Assembly: GCA_965214705.1 (NCBI GenBank)
Contig: CBDCCI010000002.1
Location: 2,048,001-2,112,000, forward strand
Direction of reading: 5' to 3'
From: Alphaproteobacteria bacterium
Lineage (GTDB): Bacteria; Pseudomonadota; Alphaproteobacteria; UBA828
DNA: 64,000 nucleotides
This document shows, piece after piece, positions 10,736 to 19,693 of the stretch (positions within the stretch are counted from its first letter, which is position 1; every line of letters starts with the position of its first letter). A program made the position numbers and the translations under genes. The notes beneath the pieces were generated by a model. The model saw nothing but the letters and a program-made list of their open reading frames with translations. It made no database searches and had not been told where the DNA came from.

Positions 10736-11504
10736 TGGTGAGCCCGACCGCCAAAATGATTCCGCCCAGCACCACCGTGATGAGCCCGACCGCCGGCACC
10801 ATGGGCGTATAGCCGCCGATCATCTTGCCGTATAGCCATTCGGGCACGGTGACATCGGCCCCGCTGGTGAAATAGGCGAGCGGGAAGTTGCCCCAGGAGA
10901 GCAACACCGCGAACAGGAACCCGGCGAAGATTCCGGGCCCGAGCAAGGGCAACGTGATGGTTCGGAAAATCTGCCAGCGGGAAGCGCCGAGGTCATAGGC
11001 CGCCTCCTCCACCGCCGAATCGTAGCCATAGGCCTGGATCGCGATCACCAGCGTCACGATGGGAACGATCCAGACGAGCTGAGCGAACACCGTCGACTGC
11101 CAGGACATCTGGATGCCGATGGAGTTGAACCAGAGCTGCAGCGCGAGCCCGAGCACCGCCTGGGGAAAGAAGATCGGGATCAGGAGCACCTGCTGGAAGA
11201 GCTTGCGTCCGCGCCAGTCGTAGCGGGCATAGGCTAGCGCACCGAAGAAGGCCAGGATCACCGAGATCAGCGCCACACAGACGGCGATCGTCAGCGACGT
11301 GAGGAAGCTCTCGTGCACCTGCAGCGAGTCCCACGTCATCTCGTACCATTTCGACGAGGTTCGCTTCATCGGGAACAGGAAGAAGCGCGACTTGGAGATC
11401 GACGCCAGCCCGACGATCACCATCGGGATGTACATGATCACCAGGATGACGGCGATATAGGCGGCCAGCAGTCGGCGGGTGAGCAGCCTGTCGATAGTGC
11501 CCAC
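10707..11504 (-). CDS. ABC transporter permease (PotC-like)
   Basis: Hydrophobic; EEAAYDLGA EAA motif; 3' end overlaps the convergent gene. Confidence 0.85.
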   Translation of the reverse strand: MGTIDRLLTRRLLAAYIAVILVIMYIPMVIVGLASISKSRFFLFPMKRTSSKWYEMTWDSLQVHESFLTSLTIAVCVALISVILAFFGALAYARYDWRGRKLFQQVLLIPIFFPQAVLGLALQLWFNSIGIQMSWQSTVFAQLVWIVPIVTLVIAIQAYGYDSAVEEAAYDLGASRWQIFRTITLPLLGPGIFAGFLFAVLLSWGNFPLAYFTSGADVTVPEWLYGKMIGGYTPMVPAVGLITVVLGGIILAVGLTINGMLQRRD

Positions 11505-11507
11505 GGC

Positions 11508-12416
11508 CTAGCGTCTTCCCAGCATTCGATCGAGGTTCACCCGTCGCATCGCGAGCCACACGGCGGACCCCGCCAGCACGATCATCAGCACCGACAGCGC
11601 GGAGCCGCGCGGCCAGTTCTGCCCGAAGGTGAAGGCGGATTCGATGTCCTGCGCGACGGTGACGATCACGCCCTTGCCGAGGAACTTGGCCTCGTTGAAG
11701 GCGCCGAGCGAGATCACGAAGCAGAGCAGCGAGCCGATCAGGATTCCGGGCATCGCCAGCGGCAGCTCGATGTCCCGAAAAACCCGCCAGCGCGATCCGC
11801 CCAGGTCGTAGGCCGCTTCGCGCGCCTCCCTGGGTACGTTGCCGAGCCCCAGCAGGATCGGGAACAGCATGAACGGCAAGTAGATGTAGCAAATGCCGAA
11901 GACGATCGCCGGCACGTTGTTGACCAGGCTTCCGGTCTCCAGCCCCGTCACCACCTCGAGCGCACCGTCGAGGAAGCCGCCCTTGTCGAAGAAGAGCACC
12001 CAGCCTTGCAGCCGGATGTTCTCGGCGACGAAGAGCGGCGCCACGATCAGCAAAGTCAGCAGATGGGCCCGGCGCCCCTTGATCCGCCTCAGCGCGACCG
12101 CCAGCGGATAGCAGACGATGAGCAGGATCACGACGCTGATGAAGGCGAGGAAGAGCGACCAGGCGAAGGAGATGTAAAAGTCCTGCTCGACGATATCGAC
12201 GTAGTTCTCCAGTGACGGTGACCCCGGAATGGAGAAGCTGCCGCGTGGCATGAAGCTGTAGATCAGCACCAGCGCCATCGGTCCGATGAAACCGATGAAC
12301 AGGAGGATGATGATCGGCAGCGCCGCGACGAAGCCTTCGGACACCTTCCACGGCAATAGCCTTAGCCGCGGGCGCTCCGGCTCCTCTGTCAGGGTCTCAA
12401 TCGCCGCCTCGGTCAT
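11508..12416 (-). CDS. ABC transporter permease (PotB-like)
   Basis: YLPFM, EAAYDLGG, NWPRGSALS; start placed at MTEAA overlapping the ATPase stop. Confidence 0.85.
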   Translation of the reverse strand: MTEAAIETLTEEPERPRLRLLPWKVSEGFVAALPIIILLFIGFIGPMALVLIYSFMPRGSFSIPGSPSLENYVDIVEQDFYISFAWSLFLAFISVVILLIVCYPLAVALRRIKGRRAHLLTLLIVAPLFVAENIRLQGWVLFFDKGGFLDGALEVVTGLETGSLVNNVPAIVFGICYIYLPFMLFPILLGLGNVPREAREAAYDLGGSRWRVFRDIELPLAMPGILIGSLLCFVISLGAFNEAKFLGKGVIVTVAQDIESAFTFGQNWPRGSALSVLMIVLAGSAVWLAMRRVNLDRMLGRR

Positions 12417-13489
12417 TCCGGGAAGACCATCGAGTCGCCCGGTTGCCACGAGAGCGTCACCTCGGCACCCGGCAGGCGGGCGACGGCATCGGCACGCAGT
12501 TCCTCGATGAGGAAGACCATCGCGCCGGTTCTCACCTGGTACTGGATGCGCGAGCCGAGCAGGTACTCGTTGAAGAGCTCGCCCCGAATCAGGTTCCCGC
12601 CCGCAGCCGGCGCGGCGTCGTCCGAGATCGCGACGTTTTCCGGCCGCACGATCAGCACACCCCGGCTGAAGCCCGGCGGCATTCCGGCGGGCGGCTCGAA
12701 GCTGGCGTCGAGCGCCTCGCAGTGGAGCCTCCCGTCTTCGGCAAGCTGCACGGGAAGCGAGTTCACCTCGCCCATGAACTCGGTGACGAAGCGGTTCTCC
12801 GGTTGAGTGTAGATCGTCGCCGGACTGCCGACCTGGGAGAGCTTGCCTTCGCGCATGACGCCGATGCGGTCGGACATCACCATCGCCTCCTCGAGGCTGT
12901 GGGTGATGTAGACGAAGGTCTTGCCTGTCTCCCGCTGGATGTCCTTGAGCTCCTTCTCCAGCGTCTTGCGGAGGCGGTAATCGATGGCGGACAGAGGCTC
13001 GTCGAAGAACAGGATCTCGGGGTTGAAGGCCAACGCGCGGGCCAAGGCGACCCGCTGCCGTTCGCCGCCCGAGCACTGCGTCACCGGCTTGTCGTAGTAA
13101 CTCTGCGGCAGGTGGGAGAGCTTCAGGCACTCGGCGGCGCGCTGCCGCCGCTCCTTCTTGCCGATGCCCTTGCACTTGGCCGAGTACTCGACGTTCTCGC
13201 CAACGCTCATGTGCGGGAACAGCGCCAGCGATTGGAACACCATGCAGGTCGGGCGCTTGTTGGCGGGCACGTCGTTGATCCGCTTGCCCCTGAGCAAGAT
13301 GTCGCCGGCGGTCGGCTTGTCCATGCCCACCAGCATGCGGATGAGCGTCGTCTTGCCGGAGCCCGAGGGGCCGACGATGGTGAAGAGCTCGCCCTCCACG
13401 ATGTCGAGGCTCACGCCGTCGACCGCATTCAGGCTGCCGAAGCTCTTGACGATGTTCCTGAGTTGCAAGATGGGCGGGGCTGCGGCCAT
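12413..13489 (-). CDS. ABC transporter ATP-binding protein (PotA-like)
   Basis: GPSGSGKT, SGGERQRVALARAL, DEPLS, ITH. Confidence 0.92.
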   Translation of the reverse strand: MAAAPPILQLRNIVKSFGSLNAVDGVSLDIVEGELFTIVGPSGSGKTTLIRMLVGMDKPTAGDILLRGKRINDVPANKRPTCMVFQSLALFPHMSVGENVEYSAKCKGIGKKERRQRAAECLKLSHLPQSYYDKPVTQCSGGERQRVALARALAFNPEILFFDEPLSAIDYRLRKTLEKELKDIQRETGKTFVYITHSLEEAMVMSDRIGVMREGKLSQVGSPATIYTQPENRFVTEFMGEVNSLPVQLAEDGRLHCEALDASFEPPAGMPPGFSRGVLIVRPENVAISDDAAPAAGGNLIRGELFNEYLLGSRIQYQVRTGAMVFLIEELRADAVARLPGAEVTLSWQPGDSMVFPE

Positions 13490-13559
13490 CGCGCACTGAG
13501 CTCCCGGTATGCACGGGTGCCGGTGCGGGCAGCGGACCGCCCGCACCGACAGGTAGCGA

Positions 13560-14849
13560 TCAGGCGCCGCGTGCGCGCTTCGCCTGGGTGTAAAGGTCGT
13601 GCATCGCGTCGTAATCGGGGTTGATGTCGAAGTCGATGCAGCGATCGACCAGCGAGGCCAGCCAGCTGCCCTCCTCGCCCCAATGCACGGCCTCGAGCTC
13701 GTCCTGGGAGAACTGGCTCAACACCTCCGGCGCGCCCATCTGCACCACCGGGTTCAGCGTGCCCGGCGCCTTGGCGGCCACCTTGTAGGCGGCCTCGGGC
13801 GTGTGACAGTAAATCAGGAACGCCTCGGCCAGCGGCGTCGGGTTGGGGTTGTTGACCAGCGAGGTGATCTCGATCCAGACGATGCCGCCCTGGCCGTTTG
13901 GCCGCTCGGCGGTCTTGGTCTCCTCCGGACCTTCGGCCGGTACAACGTTCACGAGTTGGGTCTCGCCCTCGAGCCTGGCGGCCGAGACGGTGTAGACCGA
14001 GCCGGGATAGGTCCCGATGATCTCGCCGGTGATCATGTCGCGGGCCAGCGCCGCCTGGTCGTCGGACACCTTCTTGGCGTTCTCGAAGAGCTTGAAGATG
14101 TTCTCCTCGAAGGCGGCCATTTCGTCGGCGGTGTGCTCGCGGAAGGGGATGAAGCCCGACGCGATGCAGGTGTGCATGATCACCCAATTCTCGTAGTCGA
14201 GGATGCCGTACTGGCCTTTGGCGCCCTCGATCATCTCCATGTAGCCACCGCTCTCCATGGTCTGCGGATCGACGGCGTCGGTACTGACCGCCAGGCCCGC
14301 GGGACCATAGCGCTGGAGCATGCCGAGCAGGTGCTCGCCGCTGTCGTCGAGCGCCCAGTGATAGGGCCACTCGAAGCCCCCCACGTTCATGTCGTAGAGC
14401 GGCGCGAACTTGTCCTTGTCGAGTGGCGTGATCAGCCCCTCAGGGAACAGCTGATTGCGCTGCCAGGAGTTGTTGAGGTTGATCACGTCCCAGGTCGAGG
14501 TGCCGCCGCCGCGCAGGTTATTCACGGCCGCGGGGTCGGAGATCAGCATCTGCGGGTTGACGTTCGCCCCGGTCTGGCGGCTGAAGGGATCGAGCACCGG
14601 CTCTTCGGTATAGCCCTCCCATGAGTGCAGGTTGAGGTCCATGCGGATATCGCTCATGCCGGCGAGATCGGCCTTGGTCTTTTCCCAGAGCTCGTCCGCA
14701 TAGGCCGCGCCCGTCGCCGCGTTGGCGCCGCCCCCGCCTGCGCTAAGCGCCGCCGGCGCCACGCCGACCGCCGCAGCCAGCGCCGCCGACTGCTTGAGGA
14801 ACTGCCGGCGCGAAGAGCTGAAGTTCCTGAAGATGTTTCCGCTGTTCAT
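13560..14849 (-). CDS. Periplasmic substrate-binding protein (PotD/PotF-like) with Tat signal
   Basis: SRRQFLK twin-arginine signal; SWEGY motif; operon position. Confidence 0.8.
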   Translation of the reverse strand: MNSGNIFRNFSSSRRQFLKQSAALAAAVGVAPAALSAGGGGANAATGAAYADELWEKTKADLAGMSDIRMDLNLHSWEGYTEEPVLDPFSRQTGANVNPQMLISDPAAVNNLRGGGTSTWDVINLNNSWQRNQLFPEGLITPLDKDKFAPLYDMNVGGFEWPYHWALDDSGEHLLGMLQRYGPAGLAVSTDAVDPQTMESGGYMEMIEGAKGQYGILDYENWVIMHTCIASGFIPFREHTADEMAAFEENIFKLFENAKKVSDDQAALARDMITGEIIGTYPGSVYTVSAARLEGETQLVNVVPAEGPEETKTAERPNGQGGIVWIEITSLVNNPNPTPLAEAFLIYCHTPEAAYKVAAKAPGTLNPVVQMGAPEVLSQFSQDELEAVHWGEEGSWLASLVDRCIDFDINPDYDAMHDLYTQAKRARGA

Positions 14850-14961
14850 GTCTTCCTCCCAGTTTGCCATTCTGTTTCACGCAGCGTAGTTAGCCTCGAA
14901 TGCTAATTGATGCTCGGGCCTGTCTCTAGCCCGCATTTCTCACCACGGTCATGGTCTGCGC

Positions 14962-15055
14962 GGCGCTGTCCGGCCGACAGGGTAGGAACGGCGCGCAGCT
15001 CGATGCGGGGACATCGGGCAAGGGCCGTGACGCACCCTGTCGGCCGGACGGCGCC
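14962..15055. repeat. Intergenic inverted repeat (22-bp arms, REP-like)
   Basis: GGCGCTGTCCGGCCGACAGGGT ... ACCCTGTCGGCCGGACGGCGCC. Confidence 0.5.
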
Positions 15056-15366
15056 GCCCTTCGGGTCGTGCCCGGGCGCCCGCCCGCGTCGTCGCGGGCC
15101 TCAACCGTATTCCCTGATACGCTTTTCGGTCCGCTCCTGGCGGATCGAACGCCTGGGCGCGACGCAGGCCGTGACCCTGATGAGAAACAACAGTCAATCG
15201 TGTTCCACCCTATTCCCATGAGATTTCTGGAGTTCCTCGATTCTGTCTAATACAATGACATGGAGGAGATTTTAGCACTCCGTGGACCTGGTGAGCACTC
15301 CTGGAATACACTTCGCGTGTTGTGGAAGGTGTTGATTTTGAGGACAAGCCATGTCATCATGCCTCC

Positions 15367-16638
15367 ATGAGACACTCACCCGGGAAACGCGTCGCACGCG
15401 TCAAGATCACCATCGCAAAGCGCGCCATCGACAGCCTGAAGCCCGACGATAAACCTTGGATCGCATGGGACGACAAGCTGACCGGCTTTGGCGTCCAGGT
15501 CCACCCCTCGGGCATCAAGTCTTACATCGTCAACTACCGCCTCGGTGAAGGAGGCAGGGCGGCGCCCAACAAACGCCTTGTCATCGGACGGTGCGACAGG
15601 ATGGCCCCCGAGCAGGCCCGCCGCGAGGCACACAGGCTGCTCGGCATGGTCGCCGTCGGCGAGGACCCCGCTGCCGAACGCGCCAAGGGCCGCCGCATGC
15701 CGCCGCTCGGGAAGGCCTTCGAGCAGTACATGAAGGCCAACCCCAAGCGCAAGGACAGCACCAACGCGTCCTACCGCGACCGCTTCGAGCGGCCTCTCGG
15801 TGACTGGCTTGGCCGATCGCTGGACACCATCAGCCGCAGCGACGTGGAGGAGCGCTTCAACCGCATCACCGAGCAGCACGGCTGGGCGGTCGCCAACCAG
15901 TGCATGTCTCTGCTGCGCTCGGTCTATCGTCGGCCCTGCGTGGACTTTCGAGGGCTGGATAATCCTGTTGATCTCTGGCTCGCAGGCGGCGGCAAGTTCC
16001 ATCCCAAGCCGCGCCGCAAGATCCCGCCGCCGGCGGAGGTCCTGCCGCGCTGGCGGAAGGGCATCGAGGCGGTGGTGAGCAACCCCGCCCTTCGGGATGT
16101 GTTCTGGTTCGGAATGTACACGGGCATGCGGCTTGGCGAGGTGCTGCCGCTGCGGTGGGAGCGTGTGAACAGGGAGGCAATGGTCTTCCGCGTGGAGGAG
16201 ACAAAGACGGGCGCGCCGCTGGAGTTGCCCATCACGCGGCAGTTGGCGGCCATTCTCGACCGGCGGTGGGCCGAGAGCGGGAGTTTGCCGGACGGCTGGG
16301 TGTTTCCGTCGGCCACCAGCCGCACGGGCTACTTCGTGAAGCTGACCTATTTTCACCGCCGCATCAGCGATGCCGGTGGCGCGAAGTTCTGGTTCCACGG
16401 CTTGCGCAACTGCTTCATCACGGTGGCAGAGCGAGAGTTGATGCTGCCGCACGCGCTGACCAAGCGGCTGGTGAACCACGCGCCGCCCAACGACGTGACC
16501 GAGGGGTATGCCGCCGCCTGGACGATCGGACAGTTGCGCGAGCCGGCTCAACGCATCGCGGATCGCATCGAGGACTTGATGGGAGAAGAACCCGACCACC
16601 TCAGCGGGGGAACAGCGGCGATGGCCGTCACTACCTGA
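15367..16638 (+). CDS. Tyrosine integrase with N-terminal arm-binding domain
   Basis: WDDKLTGFGV, YTGMRLGE, HGLRN, LVNH...VTEGY. Confidence 0.9.
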   Translation: MRHSPGKRVARVKITIAKRAIDSLKPDDKPWIAWDDKLTGFGVQVHPSGIKSYIVNYRLGEGGRAAPNKRLVIGRCDRMAPEQARREAHRLLGMVAVGEDPAAERAKGRRMPPLGKAFEQYMKANPKRKDSTNASYRDRFERPLGDWLGRSLDTISRSDVEERFNRITEQHGWAVANQCMSLLRSVYRRPCVDFRGLDNPVDLWLAGGGKFHPKPRRKIPPPAEVLPRWRKGIEAVVSNPALRDVFWFGMYTGMRLGEVLPLRWERVNREAMVFRVEETKTGAPLELPITRQLAAILDRRWAESGSLPDGWVFPSATSRTGYFVKLTYFHRRISDAGGAKFWFHGLRNCFITVAERELMLPHALTKRLVNHAPPNDVTEGYAAAWTIGQLREPAQRIADRIEDLMGEEPDHLSGGTAAMAVTT

Positions 16639-16830
16639 AGGTTGTAGGTTCAAGTCCTGATCCGCTAATCGCCGAGACCGATATTTTCGGCGAGGGGTGT
16701 GTCGGTTTCGTTATCCCTGCCGGTCCCCGCCGTCCACCGGATGATTGTACCCAGTTCGCCATGAAGCGTCGTGTTCAGCCGGCCCCATAACAGGCCAGGA
16801 GTGAGCACGATTCGCTCGACTGGTTCCTCC
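16628..16830. other. Degenerate tRNA-fMet 3' fragment (att relic, 16628-16670) plus C-terminal relic of a serine recombinase on the minus strand
   Basis: CCTGAAGGTTGTAGGTTCAAGTCC resembles the initiator tRNA variable/T arm; minus frame has RIVLTPG...TLHGELGTI. Confidence 0.5.
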
Positions 16831-17035
16831 TGTCGCCGGCATCCGTAGCGACCTAGGCATGGAACCACTTCGTGATCGCGCTTTCTGGTTGCAGATTCAG
16901 CCAGCGCCAAGCCATCTGGGTCATGTGCTTCATAAAGCGCAAGAGGCCGCAGGCCGGCCTTGCTGATGGCGAGATCGTGATCGATATCTCCGCTCGCCCA
17001 AGGTACCGACGTCAACCCGGCCCAGCTGTATAACG

Positions 17036-17085
17036 CGTAGCGCGTCGATCTGGATGAGAGCCCGCATCCAGATCGACGCGCTACG
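17036..17085. terminator. Perfect 21-bp hairpin abutting the terminal CRISPR repeat
   Basis: CGTAGCGCGTCGATCTGGATG-N8-CATCCAGATCGACGCGCTACG; terminator role is inferred. Confidence 0.45.
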
Positions 17086-18128
17086 GGCTATCCCCGCGCG
17101 AGCGGGGGAACCTGACCGGCCTGATAGTCGCCCCGGTCAAACTGGGGGCTATCCCCGCGCGGGCGGGGGAACTACGGAGGGTTGGTGATGCAACAGTGCA
17201 CGCTGTTGTCCGGCAGCGTCCGCAACTGCTCGCGAGCATCGCCGACGAGGATTTTGGCAGCCACCAGCGCGTCATCCGCTCGATGCAGAGGGCGAGCATC
17301 TGGTCGTAGATGTGCTGGCGCACGCCGACGGCCACGTCGGGAATGATCGCCTCCACGCCGCCGCCGATGCCGACATCACGCTGGGCGATAAAGCCCTCAA
17401 CCAACTCGTGCACCGGGTCGATATCGTCCCTAAGCGCACTATGAAGGAAGACGAGTTGCGTCTCCTGATGCTCAAGCTCGTCAATCCACAGCGGCTTGTC
17501 GGCCGCGATCAGGCAGGGATTGATGACCTCGGCGTCGATCTCGGCCTCGTGCGGCCCGGCAAGGGCGAGACGCACGCTCGCCATCCCCAGCAACAGGATC
17601 AGCAGCGCGACGACGCACGCCTGCGCCCAGCCAGCCGGCCTGGTCAGTCCTGCGATCATGTCGCCTCCTATTTCGGCACGACCAGCGTACACCCTCCGCC
17701 GGCGTCGCGCTTGGTTGCGTGCGTGATCAGGTAGGGGCTATCCCCGCGCGGGCGGGGGAGCCACCCGCCGGTCTCGGCCCCGGAGCCCGTGCCAGGGGCT
17801 ATCCCCGCGCGGGCGGGGGAGCCGAATCCGAGCAGGTAGGTGAGAGACACCCAGCGGGGCTATCCCCGCGCGGGCGGGGGAGCCCCGGCGGAGAGTACCG
17901 TGCAGCCGGTTATCGGGGGGCTATCCCCGCGCGGGCGGGGGAGCCGTCGTTGCGTTCCATGTCTGAGTCCCTTCATTGGGGCTATCCCCGCGCGGGCGGG
18001 GGAGCCGAGCGGCGCCGGCCTTGCCCGTTCGATGGCCCGGGGCTATCCCCGCGCGGGCGGGGGAGCCTTGAGCCGTACCTCACCCGTCCAGACCGGCCCG
18101 GGGCTATCCCCGCGCGGGCGGGGGAGCC
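17084..18128 (-). CRISPR. Orphan type I-E-like CRISPR array: 9 repeats of 29 nt, seven 32-nt spacers and one 560-nt insert
   Basis: GGGGCTATCCCCGCGCGGGCGGGGGAGCC at 17084, 17145, 17734, 17795, 17856, 17917, 17978, 18039, 18100; left two repeats degenerate; no cas genes in the window; orientation inferred from I-E repeat polarity. Confidence 0.95.
17174..17659 (-). CDS. Hypothetical signal-peptide ORF inside the oversized spacer, overlapped by a truncated DNA methyltransferase start (17264-17174)
   Basis: GGAGG RBS before ATG 17659, hydrophobic N-terminus; alternative frame VAAKILVGDAREQLRTLPDNSVHCCITNPP. Confidence 0.55.
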
Positions 18129-18420
18129 CAAGCCGGCCAAGGCATCACCTCGAACGTCCAGTTCGTGCCGACCTCGCAGCTCGCGGTCTACCGGCCGGAG
18201 CACCGGCTGGAGGACACGATCCTGGGCGAATACACCCAGGCGGGCGGCTTCGACGCCGCCGTCGGATAGGGCAGTAGCCCATGGGAACTCTGCGGGACCT
18301 CGCCGACGCGGCGATGGTCGTCGAAAATGCGGTGGAGGGAGTGGGCGATATCTCCCTCCGCTTCCCCACCTCCGTTCAGCGCCGCGATCTGCTGGCCCGC
18401 CTGAAGCGGGTCAAGCTCAA

Positions 18421-19572
18421 CCCAAGTTGGCAGTGCGCCGTGGAAAGGCGCTCTCTTTCAGCGGGTGCGAATCCCGCCCAACAACTGTCGCTCCGGTTGG
18501 TAGCAGCCAGGGCGGTTCATGGAGGTGACGACATGGGCTGAAGCACCTTGGTGGAAAAGGGCCACCGTTGGGTGGCTCAGCGACCGTGCGGGCCGGAACG
18601 TGAGTGAACGCTGAGCAGGCCTCGAAACGGGTAATGCGAGTGTCGACCCTCCTGCCAAAAGGGGAAGACCGTCGCCGATCGGGAAGAGAGCGACATGCGC
18701 ACCGATCGCGGCTCGCCGGGGTAGTGGCGCCGGCACGCACGGAAGAGGAAGAGAGCAGCAACACGGGAAGCCCTGACGGTGGTGCGCGCACATCAACCGG
18801 AAGCCCGCGAGGGACAGGCCGGGCCGTCAGGGTGGCGGAGAGGCCCGTAAGACTGAGGACGCCGGGTAATGCCGGCCGAGGAAAGGGGCCTCAGGTGTGG
18901 AGGGGTGCCTTGAAGGGAGAAGGGCCAGGGAGTGGCTAAGCCTGTAACCCCGAGAATGGCCGGAGATCCCGGCGGCATCACATGCAAATGGAAGCGAAGG
19001 GGCCGCCCGGAGCAAATCTGCGCGGTACCGCCGGGGCATCGACAGGCCCGGCGGTCAAGGCGGACGACGAATGGACCGCGATGGTTGAGGGGATGCGCAC
19101 CCTTGCGACCGGATCGGAGGTTCCGATCACGTGCGCCATCGTCGCGAGCTTTGCCTGTGTGCGAGATGCATGATCCCACTGGAGAGCTCGGTGCTCGAAA
19201 TGGGCACGCCGGGTTCGGAGAGCGGGGACCGGAAACGCGGCCAAGGGAGCCGGATTGAGGCCCGCAGCGAAAGCGGCGGAATTGCCACCGGACCCTACAG
19301 CAGGCGCGCCAGTCCTCGACTCTACCTTTTTCCGACCGGCCGAGCCTGATCGAGCCGGTTTTGCGGCGCTGAATCACTAGATGTTGGGGTTGGAAGACCC
19401 CTGACCCCCACATTTGCGATCTGTGGTCCTGGAGGTCGATTGTGGGGCCAGGACTTTGGGGTTGAGTCGATATCCCTCTTGCCAGACGCCGCGCCCGCCG
19501 TGTATGCGAAACAGGCATCGCAGAAACGGCGCCGCCATGTACATCAAGGCAACCAGGACGCACACCGACAAG
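18421..19572 (+). mobile_element. 5' remnant of an IS1634-like IS (type B) with an intron in its IR
   Basis: CCCAAGTTGGCA^CTTTTTCCGACC equals the end at 31625-31648; encodes MYIKATRTHTDK, then homology ends. Confidence 0.85.
18433..19325 (+). ncRNA. ORF-less group II intron (893 nt)
   Basis: 5' GTGCG, domain V GAGCTCGGTGCTCGAAATGGGCACGCCGGGTTC, 3' CTCTAC; EBS1 TGCCAA (18653-58) pairs with exon TTGGCA. Confidence 0.85.
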
Positions 19573-19693
19573 CGCACCTTCGGTGCTAATGTACTGACAT
19601 AGCGTTGCTTTTTCCTCCTGTTCTTGGCCGACAAGGGCGAATTCGTTCGCCGTTTTCGCCCCGGCTGCAACAGGAAGTGCAGGAGGAGAATCT

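Noticed and set aside
11508-13514. 668-aa ORF as one protein
   Set aside because: The N-terminal part is an alternative frame of the ATPase; the real permease starts at 12416
16628-16670. Functional tRNA gene
   Set aside because: Only a mutated 3' half; no D arm or acceptor stem
17174-17733. IS or MITE insertion as the explanation of the long spacer
   Set aside because: No IRs, TSD or transposase relic seen, unlike the other insertions here
17719-18528. 269-aa and 145-aa ORFs over the CRISPR array
   Set aside because: Translations of stop-free repeats
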